Shown here in pieces: positions 24,967 through 38,900 of a stretch of 64,000 nucleotides of DNA. Each line of letters begins with the position of its first letter. Positions within the stretch are counted from its first letter, which is position 1. The notes beneath the pieces were generated by a model. That model worked only from the letters and a program-made list of their open reading frames with translations. It searched no databases and was not told where the DNA came from. The position numbers were made by a program, and so were the translations under genes. Source of the DNA: Xylographa opegraphella (lineage: Eukaryota); NCBI GenBank assembly GCA_022813865.1, contig JALDZX010000005.1, forward strand, positions 496,001-560,000, given 5' to 3'.

Positions 24967-25054
24967 GTCCCAGCAAGGCATTCTGAACTGGCCATGGAGC
25001 ATGTTATTCGTGAACTATATACAGGGATCAAGACCTCCTGCCGGCGGGAAATAT

Positions 25055-25474
25055 CTACATGCAAATACAGCACCCACTATCGCCGCCATCAGCCGCAAGT
25101 CCCCTTTCTGCTTGGAAATTGTCGAACTCAAGAGAAGCGAGCTGCATCGCTTCCAAATCCTTTATCGGTATCCTTGATTTCATCGGAACTCCATCGGGAC
25201 GGGGTTCGTATCGCACCTCCTTCAACGTCTTCGCTAGGTCGAACTTTATAGGATTCGGCCCTTTATTACCCAGCATCGGATAGCCATCCCATACTGGGTA
25301 GTGCGGGTCGTTCCGGCAGATGCGGCAGGCTTTGTCGACTTTGGCCCATACACCCTGCATTCTTTTGCAGGTCTGGTTATTGTGGGCCTCAGCGCGAAGA
25401 CACTTGTGGAGCTTAAGGGTGTTGTATAAGTGAGGACAGTTGTCGCTGTAGTAGTTGATTATTTGATAGCACAT
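25055..25474 (-). CDS. Small Cys/His-patterned hypothetical protein with a C-terminal CaaX box (SGCCICM)
   Basis: 139-aa ORF: MCYQIINYYSDNCPH...HKC...C...CRIC, ending CCICM*. Confidence 0.65.
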   Translation of the reverse strand: MCYQIINYYSDNCPHLYNTLKLHKCLRAEAHNNQTCKRMQGVWAKVDKACRICRNDPHYPVWDGYPMLGNKGPNPIKFDLAKTLKEVRYEPRPDGVPMKSRIPIKDLEAMQLASLEFDNFQAERGLAADGGDSGCCICM

Positions 25475-27169
25475 GTTGGGGCTCGACTGCAATTTTTGAT
25501 GAACCGGGAACGCTGGGGCTGTTGTGTACGATGATTTGGCTGGTCGTGCTGTTGGTTTCTATGTCTGTAATGCTGTTTTCATGAATAGAGAGAGGTCGTT
25601 AAATAAGGAAAGGATAAACCTGAAGAGATACTTGCATGAAAGCGTTCAAGACCAGCTTGAAGGGGAATCCTGTTGTTTCTTGGATATCATGATACACTGA
25701 GAAAGAGAAAAGATTGCTTGGAGGATCTTATCGATCGTACTGGTATATGTGCACCATCATGACTCGGATTTGCATCAGCAAACATGAGTCAAGCCCGTTC
25801 TTATGACGAAGCTATGGATGCCTCGAATCGTGACCAACACACCTAGATGTCAAGATGCTGTCTAGTGAGCAAGATTGCTTCATGGTCTTGCTGACGTTCA
25901 ACTCCATGGGATGGTGAAGAAGACTATGAACAATAATAGAGGCTTATCTGAGGTTTCCAGTCCCCAGCGTCAACTTCTACGCTTATCCACACGAGATTCT
26001 GAGTCTATATAGACGCACATGTAATTTCAACCAAGCATCGACAAGACCATTAGCATCGAGGTTCTGCAGCGCCAAGGTTGTCCACAAATTATGATAACAT
26101 GAATAGCCTTAGAACGGAGATTCACCGTAACCGTTACCAGGCAGGTAGGTTTCCGAGAAGTTATTAGACGACTTGGACGGAGAACCCATGGCCTTTTGAC
26201 ATGACCCACCCCTATGGTCATATTTACACGGCTGCCCAATCGTTGTCTCCGATGGGTACTACCTGCGGCTCGTTTGCTCATTTTGTCTCGGATGGGCCGA
26301 AATGGGCTCGATCAAATCCGATTTGATAGTTGGCGGTTCCATACACCGGCTGATGCTAATTTCTCTTCCAGCTCTGTTTAATGCTATAAAGGTAACATCG
26401 GTGATGCCACAGTATTTGCGGTATCCTTGTCGCTACGGATCGAGTCTTGACTTCGATCAGAAAGCCGACTTGTAAAGAACCTGGAGGCCGTAGCGGCATT
26501 GAATACCCACAGTATAGCTGTTTAAGTGGAACTCTGAACTCCCAGCTACCCCGGTTCTTTCTGTAAATAAAGAGCCGGAATTGCCGAAGCATACATAGCT
26601 CGACTATGATAGAGTTGCAACACCCGTTCAGTAAGCATAACGTTAGTACCTTCGCTGTCCGCTGATACGGTCGGGCAGAGAAAGGAGTGTAGACAAAAGA
26701 TCCATCTGGCAGTCGCTGAGGTTGGAAATCACATTACTGCATAATAGGTAGCGAAAGTGCTGCGACTTAGACAAAAGGAGTAGCTATCAGCGACTTGCTT
26801 CAAGCTTCTTGTTTCTTCGCGTACTTATAGAACCCACATCTCTGAATTAATCATTCACTGGTGCTGTTGAACCAGGATACAAATACGGAGTATGTACTCC
26901 GTGGTGTGAAGCAATTGACACCACTTACCCTACTGCCGACAGAACTCGACGCTTTCATCATTTGTAACCATACTATTACATATGGTGGGTCTTCTGACCC
27001 AGTAGTGTGATGTGTAATGGACGTGTATAGGAGTATAGGATAAACGGGGCTTAGGGCGGCCGCCCGTTCCCCAATTCGCCAATGAGAAACGTCCGAACTT
27101 CATCACATTTCTAGTTTGGTCCTTTGTTACCAACCAAAGCTCTTTGAAAGGAGCTCAGATTCTCTCTGA

Positions 27170-29564
27170 ATGTCTTTGTGCCGGCATGTCACTCGGCAGT
27201 CGCTTCGTTCTTCCCCCTCTTATATCTGGATTAGTGACGAATACTTGCAAAACCTCGTCCAGGGTTTCACAGTCTCGAGGAAGTGCGTCCGACATGGCAG
27301 CTCAGTACCAGGACCATTGGAGGCCAGAAAGAGATCGGCGAAGCGGCGGATGATGAATTTGGCCTCAACGAATGGGAGTCATTCACTTGACAGTGCACTG
27401 TTCATGGGAATGGGTGAGGCCTTGTCGCAGAAGCACTTGAAATGGGAACCGCCCGTCCAAGTAGGCCAATTGAGAGAAGATTCGCAAAAGAAACAAGGTA
27501 CTTTCATTACCATCAAAATAGGTTGCTGTGTTGCTTATATAGCACGCTACAGATAACCCTTGGCCGTCATGGCTTGACAGTCCGCCGATAGCTCCCGAGG
27601 GTGAAGCGGTTGACGATGCCGAGCTCCATCATTTCAACAATGCAAAACATTCTGTAACCAAACAATCAGAGCCTTTAACCCTCAAAGCAGAGTTGAAAGC
27701 ATCTCGGGGCCTTGAAGAAATCCGTATGGCGGCAGAACACCATGCTATTGTCCTCGCCAACCACATACAACTCAGTAAAATCGCCTTTGAAAGTCTGCTC
27801 ACTGAAAACCAATCAATATTCAATCTTCTAGAGTACCTGGGAGACCACACCCTCAATGCGCCGACGGCTCAGAACCTCCGGGCACTGATGGGATGGTCAC
27901 GACTACAAAAGCATTCGCTTGAAGAGCTGGAATTGTTAGGCATATGGCTCGAGAAACAGGTTGCTTTGGGGTATTTTTCAGAGCGAGAATTACGAGAAGC
28001 GCTAGCGGGCGTCCGAAGACAGCACCAATCTGGAGAAGCCATGGATTCTTCCCGTCTGTTCACTTGGAAGATTTGCAAGAGATTATGGGCTGGTACACAG
28101 GCATCTACAGTTAACGATCTTGGAAAATTGCGCGTGGAGACACTCAAAAGCTTTCTAGAGGCTGCTTCACAAAGTCCCCTGCTTCATGAGGGTCGAGAAA
28201 TGGGAAAGCGGATCATATTGAGAACGGACCACAACAACCTGAAGAAATTGGGACCTTCGATCGTGAACCTGGTCGATCGTCTTTCCAAAACCAATTCAGC
28301 TAGCTCTAAGGTCACGTTCGAAAACAGGATGGAGATGAGATCTTTTGTGTGGTTTGCTCCAGTGCTTGAAAAGTTGCCAACGTTGGACTCTGCAAACATT
28401 GTGACTACCATCACCTCGGCATTGACGGAAAATGCGTGCCATGAGCGAGCTGGTTCTCGTACTAATCTTGAGGTTTGGCTCAGCACGCTGTCCAAAAGTC
28501 GCTTCCAGCTGGCTCGAAATGACGTTGAATGTGAGAAGACATGGTTACTGATAGAACGGAACCTGATTTCCTTGGACGTGAAGACCCTAGCGTGCTATCT
28601 TCGCTTGCTTGAAGACCGGAAGATATCTGCGTTCATACTCAATCACTGGATACCTTTACGTCTGCAGCATACTGTCACAACAATGCGTGCAAGTGCGCAG
28701 GGCAAAAGACGGAGCATCCGAACAGGAGTGAACGGTCCAAGTTGGAAAGATATCGCACTAAGAATTGATAGTTTGTCATATTATCCAGGGGCTGATTATC
28801 AAACGACCGTATATCTAGACATTGTCCGCGAATTGCGAAAAACACATCCTCAGATGTTGCGCTCGCTTATTCCAGAGCTTCTTGAGCTCCTAAGGTGTTT
28901 AGGGCGATCCGAGGCTATACTTCTGATCGTACAGTATCTCGCCAAGTGCTCCGGCGGTATCGAATCAGTGGTCGTCGCCAATGAAGTGACTAAGCATCTC
29001 AACTTAAGTCTACCAACAGCTCTGGAGATTTTCAAGGCAGACCTCAGACTTCGCGTTGAGGACTGCCCAGGCTTAGTTGAGCGGATGATAAGCGAGCCCG
29101 CCAGCGGTTATCCAGATGTCTTTGCACATCTGGAACGTGATCGAGGCCTCCTTGGGTCTGTCGGGTCTAAGGTGCACTCCCAACGCCCTCTTCACGTGAA
29201 CCCTAAAAGGGTGGCACTCTTGCATAGTATGGCTCTCGCATATGCCGAAGCGCCTCACTTGAATCCCCGACAAGCATACCGTAAAGTTCGTCGTTGTCTC
29301 GACTTCTTTAGAGATCGTCCTGAACTTTTGGGTCCTGATATGTCCCAGGCCTTGACAAAGGCTGGAATACTACGCTACTTGGAAGCTGGGATGTGGGTCA
29401 GCACCATCAGACACAACTACATTATGGGTTATGTGAAACACTTGGAGGGCGAGGAAGTTGCTAACGAGTTGGATCGTGTGGTATGGGATTGGAGAGGTAG
29501 AAATACGCGTATTGACAATGGGAATCATGGGCAAGGAAAAGATGGCGATAGCGAAGATTCTTGA
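27170..29564 (+). CDS. Conserved-looking fungal hypothetical protein, probably mitochondrial and helical, 2 exons
   Basis: Arg/Ser-rich N-terminus with RHGSSVPGPLEARKRSAKRRMM. Intron 27498-27552 joins in frame to the 623-aa ORF. Confidence 0.75.
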
Positions 29565-29699
29565 GCATGCTCAGGAAGGCACTAAATCCGACGGTTGGCT
29601 ACAATCTTTGTCACACAATTAGCAGGATTGTTGCCTTGACATTCTGTGTGAAAACTCACAAGACTGGTCTACAATGTCGACAAACACGTGCTCCCACAA

Positions 29700-30030
29700 T
29701 CATATCTCAGCTACAATTGGAGCACTTTGCATATTATCTCTATGCTCACACATCGCGGCTGCGTTCACCAATTTCGTCACTGTCCGTCGTCTTGGCCAAT
29801 CCCGCTCAATCAGAAAATACATCACCATCTGGCAGAGCGCTAACGCCCTCAGCACCACACCCATACACGCTCTCTCAAACCGGTCATAATCCATCCTACT
29901 CGTCACATGGCCTTCATGCTCATGTCCAAATACATGTAACTGTGGCATTAGTGAGGAGAGCGGAGACTAGGCAGGTGAGGGTGGAAGCAGGGGGCAGGTG
30001 CAGAATGGAGTTCACGTCATTTGTGCAATT
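29700..30030 (-). pseudogene. Calcineurin-like metallophosphoesterase C-terminal remnant
   Basis: PQLHVFGHEHEG...TKLVNAA...PIVAEI* matches the LHVFGHxH / VNAA / PIVV end of fungal MPPED-like proteins. An HLPP-like piece upstream is frame-broken, and the N-terminal DxH/GD/GNH motifs are absent. Confidence 0.55.
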
Positions 30031-30602
30031 AACCATTATGGATATCGGGTGGTGATTACAGCAGTGTGAACAGGATAGAGAGTCCGACATGATAGAGTAT
30101 AGGGGTTGTGCTTTTATGGAGGAGTTGCAGAATAGTGCCCAGACAACAACAGAAATCAAACCAGAAATAGTTGTGGAGAATAGTTCTGCAATCTATACAG
30201 TCACTACACCAGGTAGATACAACAGGATGGGACTTGCTACTTATTGAACAAGAATGCTTTATTGAATGAAAAGATGGTACTGTGGTAAACATCAAGAGGC
30301 ACGTGATAGGGCAGCCTCAGGACAATTCAGGGTCCGCGGAGTGGACGGTATGACATCACCCATTCCTGATTTGAACATCACAAGGACAAGGCCGAGGCGT
30401 TGCTTGATGCAGCTCTCAAGCACCTATATCACTTCATGCACTTCATACCCTTCCTGATATTTCGTTTGGCAAAAGAGCTCTACATTCATCGTTCTCAATT
30501 GCAGCTAGCAAAACTATAAACACTCTCCGGAAGGAACGTAACAATTGCTCTGCTTCACCTTTGTGCTTTGAGCCTCGTCACTTTGCACTTTCGCTAGCCA
30601 CA

Positions 30603-31713
30603 ATGTGAGCAATTCATCGTAATTCCAGTATCTGCTGACAAATGTACAGGAATCGTGCGCTATCAGTCCGGTCCAAAAAGGACCATGGATCCACCACTGG
30701 TAGCTCTGAGAAGAGTGCTCCCAAGCATCGCTTCAACATGGCGTCTCTTCGGGGCATGCAGCAACCCGAGCTCAGCAAGAAACTCTTTAAGCTGATTAAG
30801 AGCGAGAACCATGCTATCGCATCATATGAGACTGCTGGCCGTGAGCGTATTGCCATCGCATCGCAGCTTTCCGACTGGGGCGAGGCTACGAACGATGATT
30901 CAATTTCGGATATCTCAGACAAGCTTGGTGTTCTGCTGTCAGAGATTGGCGAGCAAGAAGATGTGTTTGCACAAAATTTGGAAGACTATCGCAGTGTTTT
31001 GAAGCAGATCAGAAACACGGAAAGCTCCGTGCAGCCGAGCAGGGATCACAAGTCGAAGATTGCCGATGAGATTGCAAAGCTCAAGCATAAAGAGCCCCAG
31101 AGTACCAAGATTGTGACGTTGGAGCAAGAACTCGTGCGAGCGGAAGCTCAAAATCTAGTTGCGGAGGCGCAACTGACCAATATAGTACGGTTACTGTCAC
31201 GAACAATCTTGAATCTTAGCTGACGGATCCTAGACTCGTCAGAAGCTCAAACAGGCTTACGATATGCAGTTTGCAGCAACTATCGAGCGTGCCGAAAAGC
31301 AAATACTTCTTGCCCGCCATGGGCGTCGGTTGTTGAACCTTCTCGATGACACTCCCATCGTCCCTGGTGATGCTCGGCCCGCCTTTGAGCATGCAGACCA
31401 AGCTCGTCAGATCCTAAATGACGCCGAAGAGGATCTCCGAGAGTGGCAACCGAACCTCGAGCCAGTTCACAGTCAAGCGACCGGCATGGGTTCCAACCTC
31501 ATGCCTACTGAAGGGAGCACCGTGGCGCCCAGTGTCACTGGCGGAGAATCCGTCATGACTCGTGATGACAGCCCTGCTCAAAGTAGAGTCGCGCCTAGCG
31601 AGGGGCAGCATTTCGAACAAGGTCAACTGGATGCCCCTCCTGTGCCACAACATGCTCGAGCTGGCGAGATTAACTTTGCCGATTCTCAGTATGCTCATAG
31701 CGAAACTGCGTAG
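30603..31713 (+). CDS. pilB: Eisosome BAR-domain protein, Pil1/Lsp1 family (PilB-like), 3 exons
   Basis: QPELSKKLFKLIKSEN, QLSDWG, DISDKLGVL, IRNTESSVQPSRD and LEQELVRAEAQNLVAEAQL. Introns 30605-30649 (splits AT|G) and 31185-31233. Confidence 0.9.
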
Positions 31714-32934
31714 TGTACAGCCCGTTTAGCAAGCGGACTTTTTAGTCCCGGGCGTGTTTCCAGTTGGTTTGCGGTTGCCGGCTACTTTCACGGAACTATA
31801 ATGTCTGTAATGATTCTGACACACAGCACGAGATATCCTAACGGTTGGTCACGACCGATGTCTGTTCTTTCGTCCTTGGCTCGCTGTACTAGCAGAAATT
31901 AAAATAGGACAATCAATTCTCTCGTTCATGACAGTGATGGCTCTGGCGACTCATGTCCTCCTTCAGATCTCGAACCTCCATCGGGGGCCTTCTTGCCCAA
32001 GCCCTTTGTCTCCTTCCACATCAGCCAGCTGTCCGTCCCTCTACCCCCTTCCCCCTCCGTTCATTCTCTTGCCCCAACACCGCCCATAATTTTCTACAAC
32101 AGGCGATTTTCGCTACATGGAGCAAGGTCACCACCTCAAGAATCTCAATTCCAGTTTTACCGTAGCAGGACCTTCTCTTGCATGCTGGTAGGATTGTCCA
32201 AGCCGTCGTCTGAAAGAAGGCTGCCCCGTGAAAGCAGCCTTCGCCGTAGCCCCGGACGTCATTGGGTACATGTTATCCGCGGTCTCAATATTGACAGCAA
32301 GCTATGTCCCTGCTCAGAACAAAGTCTTGTGAAGCCAGATACGAGAGGAAGAAGCGAAAGCTACGCGAGGACAAACTACATGTTGAGCGATTTATGCTAC
32401 AATAACAGCGAAGGTATAAGGGATTACACCAGACACCATTTATAGATGAGCACACAATATCAAAGTCGCAGGTCGTTACTTCCTTTGCTGAAAACAGAAT
32501 GCGTCGGAACGAAGCAGAGCAACTGTTGTGGCTACCTAGTTAACTGGATGGTAGAGTCGAGATCGTGGAAACGGCGAGATCGATCATGTACAGCAAGGAT
32601 GCTTTCCTTCGGCGGTTATGCAACTACAACACGACGTCTCGTTGGGAAATGGATGTGGATATTATAACAAACGTCCTGATTCGGGTCTGAATTGTTGTTG
32701 ACATGCTCTATCTCTGCTGTGCATCCCCACAGTATTACACATATACATTAGAAGCGCATACTCGCCTTGACGCCCCGGTGATCTCCCTTCTCAGGCCGAC
32801 AGCTTCCATTTGACACCATAAGTGCCACGAGACCTACCACCTAATCCTAGTTACACCATGATCATGCTATATCCCATTGTCGGAAGACCACTGCCAATAT
32901 GTGTACTGCCATGAAAACTGTTCCACTTCGGAAC

Positions 32935-35900
32935 TCATAATGTCTCCCAACCACCGTTGTTGATATCTGCTTCCAGCTTCCTTGAGATCGTGGTTGGAAT
33001 CCCATGCTGCAGCCATACGGTCCTCAACAAAGCATCATACCTCTTCTGGTTGAGGAAAAGCTGTCTGCTGCGTCTCAAGCCGGGATCGACTTCGCCATGC
33101 TTGTCAAGATATGGTGCATGAGTCCAGGATCCATTTCGAGCATGGAGGTAAAGAACCATACATTTTCGAATATTGAGATATAGCCCAACATCGTGGCCAC
33201 ATCTGCAAATTGAAGAAATTAGTAATTTGTTTGTCGGCACAAACAGAATGATGTACATACTTCTTCAGATGCTGGTTGCATCCACCCAATCCGTCCTTAG
33301 AGCAGCACACTGCTTGGCTACAGAAGATATCCCCGCAGAATAGACAAAGCGCGGGGTCAATCATATCTTTTCCAGTAGTTGGACACCGGCGCCGCATCAT
33401 TTCGTCCAGGAGAGTATCATAGTATTTTGGTAATCCAATGAGCTCGAAGATTGCTGGATGACTTGGTCGAATGTTTGCTGAGACTGCTGAGACCGGGCGT
33501 TTCAACAAGTCCATCTTCCTCGCCCAGCTCCAATGATTTATCCATCCAGCTACCATGAATTCTAAAGTAGTAAGATCACCCCTCCGCTGAGGTTTGCCAA
33601 TAGAAGCAAACATCTCCGTTAAGGTTGGCATTCGAAGTGCTTTAGTTAAGCGATCTATCTCTGGCTCATCGATGTCTGTGAAGCCAGTACTTGGGAACTC
33701 AACGCCATAGCGGACATGTAGCAAGACAACGACCTTTCGTAGAAATGGTAGGGCATAAGTCGAAACAGCACCACAAAGTTGAATTAATATCTCCGGAGTT
33801 GTTTCACCAAGATCGTTGGCCGTCCCTGTCGGGTCTCCAAAATCTCTAATTCGATGCATGAAGCCACCAAACGCCTGCAGAGTCTCCTTAGTAGGTCTTG
33901 ATGTACCAGCCGGTATCGCAGTGCTCGGCCATGAAGCAGGAATACCAGGCTTGCAGTAAATTGCAAGGGCAACTTTGACGAGTTCGAGGAGGTAGCATAC
34001 ACGTATAATATGATGAATTTCCAGATTCAAAGCTGGTACGAGATAAATTGCACACTCAACGAGCAAGATAAAAGAGTCCTGTGTCAATGCTGGGGGGACT
34101 GGAGCTGGTGTCTTGGCCCATGGAGTATCATCGTCACCATAAATTCGTGGATGCCCTGCGAACAGCTGCAACAACTGCCGGCTATGCGACTCTAAAAACT
34201 CTTGATTGGCCCGATTATTTCCAGCATTACGTAGCGCAGCAATCGCGATATACGAGGACGATGTCTCTGATAGAATTCGTAGATGAGTAAGAACGAGAGG
34301 TGATATTCTGTCCAGCAGCAACGAACCAGGCTGAGATGCAACGCCACGCTGCGCTATTTCGGTAGCAGATATCGAAAATCCAACGGCTCTCGCTAATGTA
34401 TCCGTGTACGCTAGTTCTTCCGAATGCGCCAATAGCTTCGGCGGGTATAGGTAGTTGAAACGTGTTGTGAGCTTGTTTTTCAAGACCGTCTCTTTGATAC
34501 GGTTGTATATGACAATGAGCTGATCCATCCTATGCGTTTCACTCATCGTTGAGTGCGTCGGGGATGACACAATCTCATCTCCATCGGGGAATATTCCTGG
34601 CATCCGTGTTCGAATTGAATACTGTGGCGACGTCGGGCTCATTTGGTCAGGAATCATGAGGTGTGGGATTCTGGAAGCTAGCGGAGTGATCATATCTTTC
34701 AACGAGCGGTTAACAAACAATTCTTGGTGTCGACCGTTGATAGACTTATTATCTTCGCTCATGGGATGTTTGTGGAATCGTGACACGGTAAGTGCGATAC
34801 TCGAATTCAGCCAATCCTCGAAGCTTAGCTCGAGCTGTAATACTCCTGGGTAGATCTCTTCCTTCCCTTTCCATATTATTGGCAAGAACGTATTACCGAG
34901 AGCTTTGCACAAAGGACAAACAAACTCTTTATATTCGAGTCTCTCAGGATGGTTACGGGCGATTTGATGGCTCTGTCGTCGCTGTGTCGCCGTGTAATAG
35001 AGCTCGAAACATTTGTAATGCATGATATGACCGCACCCAGTAGAAACAGGCCCTTGAAGGCAATGTGAGGGCGGAAATCCTTTGCCTAAGCCCTGCCGTT
35101 CTGTAATGACTTCACGCCCATCAGCGGCCAATTTCCGGATTTGTGTTCGATTCTGGCCTCCGACACCAAATGGTCTGATCTCTTCGGCCGATCTATCAAG
35201 ACTTGCTGGAGTGCTGATAACTTCTGAAATAAAATCAGAGTCCTCAAGATCAGTTTGTCTCAGGACATTGCTCTGTGAAAGCAGCGCGAATGTCCCAAAA
35301 AGCTTCGTGTCATTAGTCTCCTCTTGGCAAAGTATACAATTTCCCGATGGATACTTCCAGACCTGTTTATGCTCGTCCGTATACCCAGTTGCAACCGATT
35401 CGAGGTCATCACCGTCGTCCTCTCCCCAGTCAATACTGCTCTGGGTATTCAAGAAGTCTTGTTGGTGCTGCTGAAATTGCGCCATAACTCGTGCCTGTCT
35501 CGCTAACGCTTGCTGCTTCTTCGCCTCTGCATCCTCAACCGGTAATCGAAGTGGAGAGTCGGAACCAAGCCGTTCCATTGGTAACCCTTGGACCAAAACA
35601 TTTCGAGAGCACGCAAGTGGCCGTTTCTGCTGTAGACGGAGCAAAATTAAACGGATTCTCGCCTGAGACGCTTTAAATCCGTCCATCCCTGACAGCTCCT
35701 GTAGCACAGCAAAAATCGATGTTCCTTCTCGTGGATTCTTGTTTATTATATTGTCAACGAATGAGTAAACATTGGAAGATGCAGAGTCCTCTTCATTCGT
35801 CTCATCCTCCAGAATTGCACTTAGAACCAGATGAAGGACAACTTGGAGATACGCTTCAATCCTTGTTAGCGGTATATCGGGACTATGGTCGTTGGCAGTC

Positions 35901-38900
35901 GAAGCAAAGTTCAGAGCGTAGTATATAATCTGTGAGAACAACGGGGTTCTGCTGAATGTCGAAATATCCTGGAATACCCCAGATCTGATAGGGCGTAGCT
36001 TTGGCTCGAAAACAATATCCGTGGCCGGCTTGCCGACTCGCTTTGCCATCCAGGCTCGGTATAATGTCTCAGCCTCGTCTCGCTGATTCTTGGTATAGTG
36101 GGCGATATATGGATCAATCTCGGATAAGTATTCTTGTTTCAGTTCGAACGTACCAGTATCTGACAATCCTTCTGGGGCCTTATATGTCGTCATTTCCTCT
36201 AGAATATCTTGAAATTCTTCCAGGTCCTGAAACTTTTCGGCTAGTCGACCACAAAGATCAGAGAAAGAAAGTGGTTTGAAACACAAAATGTGAGCAATAT
36301 CTCTACGGATTGCAAGGACTTGTGGTTGCGGTTCGTCTTCTAATGGTATGAGTGAGATTCGATCACTGAGTAACACGATCAGAAGATGTATAAAATCTTC
36401 AGCAACATCCAAAAGCTGCAAGTCTTCGTAGCCCTTTCTGTTGATGTACTTTCCTGTCATCCAATCACTCATTCCAAATCTGTCTATCATAGAAAGTAGA
36501 ACACGGCTAGGATTGCAGGTTACCATTGCCGTCTGCAAGAGGAAGATATCCCGGTGATGAGCTAGGTCTCGTTGCGAAACTCCTCGATAGGTGCTCATTT
36601 GGTGACGGAGACTTAAACCATTGCGAACCCACATCCCAGCTTTCATTTGTGCAAGCCACGCGCAAACTCGCAATGGATAATCAAACATGGCGATGAGATA
36701 CGTCTCCGCAGACTCACCTGGAGTCATTGCGCTGTACTGCGAGGAATACTTCAATTCTTCCGCCTCGAATTGTAGCAGGCTCCGCAACTGAATACGCGTC
36801 ATACTTTTTGCTCCATCGATCAACCAAGATAGAGTATAGTGGAGGGCGTGATGAAAACTAATGGTCTCCTTCTCCACGATAAAATCAACAACGACATTTT
36901 GATTTTGCGGCTCAAATCCAGCAGCATCCGAACGGTCGTAAGGGAAGCCTGTCATGGTCTTAAAATGCATCGCAGATTTGATCTCGGCTTGATCAAACCG
37001 TATCCGCTCTGCTCCAACGGAATTGATAATAGTGGCTTTCGCAATCTCACGAATAATTTTCGAGATGCTGGTAGTATCTTGTCCTCTCCGCCACCTAAAG
37101 GCCTCCGCGAATTGACGACATAACTTATTAATCTCTCTTGTCAGTAGAGATGCGCTTATCCATGCATCGGTCTCGTATTCAATGTGGTCTCCAACGGCCC
37201 TAACATTTGGACAAATACCTTGTGGGAGCTTGATCAAATCGAGGAATTGAAGCACATAATGCGTGTCTTGGCGAAGTTTTTCTTGCACATAATCAGAAGC
37301 GAAAAGGTGTTTCAAATCCATGAAGAAGTGATACATGCGTCTATTTGTGACAGAACCAGCATCGAATGCCAATGTAGCTTTGCTTGAGACTTCCCAAGGA
37401 TGGCCCACTTGTCGCGTGGTCAGAAAAGTGTACAGGATTGCGATGAGATGGGTCAGAAAGTTGCCCTTTTCCACAATTTCTTCTGTGATTGAAGGCGTAG
37501 TTAGCATCTGTAAGGACAAGTAGATTATTGAGTGATCAGGCTCTCGATCCGCTATCAGATAAAGCTGAGCCAGGACAGTATACAATCCTGCGAAGCGTAG
37601 GCCTAAAATCCGTTTGAATTCGGGAACTGTCACGACCGTGCTGATGTAAAGATCTCGAAGGTCGACCCTGGCTTTTTTCCACAACCTAAGATCGAAAAGT
37701 ATCATCCAGTCCAGACGCACACGCTGTTGGATGTCCTCGGCGAGTGGCGGGTCACACAATTCTGAGCGCGGCCTCTGTAACCAGTACTCTGGTGATCGTG
37801 ACGGATACAACTGCCTTGCATGTGCATTGGGTGTTTTGGGTATTGCAATGATTGGCTTTGGTGTCGCGTTAGGTGACACTAGTGTGTCGCCACTATCAGA
37901 ACCAGAGGTAGCTCTATACGAAGTATAGAATACCGTAGAGTGTTGCTGAGGAGGTGGTGGCGGGGGTGGTGGATAGCCGGCGTAAGTTGCTTCTGAAACT
38001 TCTAGGGTATCTTCAGGTTCTCCAGCAGTTGGCATATCAAGATCTCCATCGGGATCAGAAATTAGTAGGTCCAGGTCAAGTTCCATCTGGTCCTCAGAAT
38101 CACCGTCGAGCATTTGACTCCCATCTTCGTCGTCGCCTTCCTCGTTCTCGTTCTCTTCAGGAGCATCGATAAGGGCGCCGAAGGCCTCCATTGTAGTGAT
38201 GAATGGCCGGTTGACAGCAATAGCCCTTACAACTCGTTGTGAATCTCTTTCCTCCGTGACCTCATCGATCTGGTGATCGTCTATGCCGTCCTTCCCCACG
38301 GCTGCGTTCGTCGCTTCACTACCTGTTCTCCAAAGCTTAAGCATTTCTTTACAGACAGTTTGCTTCAAGATATCATTATCTTGTCCAACCGTGCAGCCAG
38401 AAATGTCTAGTAGCCACTCTATTATGGTACTACACATCTGTTCACGGAATGTGTCTCTTGCAGATCGTATTGTGACGGTAATCTTGATATTCTCGATGAT
38501 GTTTGCAATCCTCAATAGCTCTTTCGGGTCGCGAGAGTAAGTGATAACACTCCGTCCAACATCGTCTGTGTCTCTGGCTTTGTTCAACCCAAAGGCTAAT
38601 TCCCTGTTACAGGCCCGAGCAACTTGAGTTTGAACCTCTGTAACCGTGTGTTTTTCGTCATTCCAAAGGATCAAAGCAAACTCCGGGTTTGCTTCGATGT
38701 CATCTCCTTCTTCATACCATTTTGATGCCAACCGCGATGCTCTCTCGTCAGCCTTGATTGTTTCTTCGGACTTAGCGAGCCGAAGCTGCTCAGGGGAACA
38801 TGATATGACATCGCATATGTAGTCGAACGCTCGACCTATAGTCATACGAATACTCTCTACCAACTCATCCGGAAGCATCGGAGCTTCCTTTGCCTTGCCT

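Noticed and set aside
23584..25474. Secondary-metabolite cluster around the TRI7-like MBOAT
   Set aside because: There is no PKS, NRPS, terpene synthase, P450 or cluster regulator in the window.
26885..26902. Inverted repeat ACGGAGTA-tg-TACTCCGT
   Set aside because: It is short and belongs to a TACGGAGTA-type motif common in ascomycete intergenic DNA; there is no associated element.
31953..32667. Short plus-strand ORFs between the eisosome gene and UBR1
   Set aside because: I could not support any recognisable motif or consistent exon chain.
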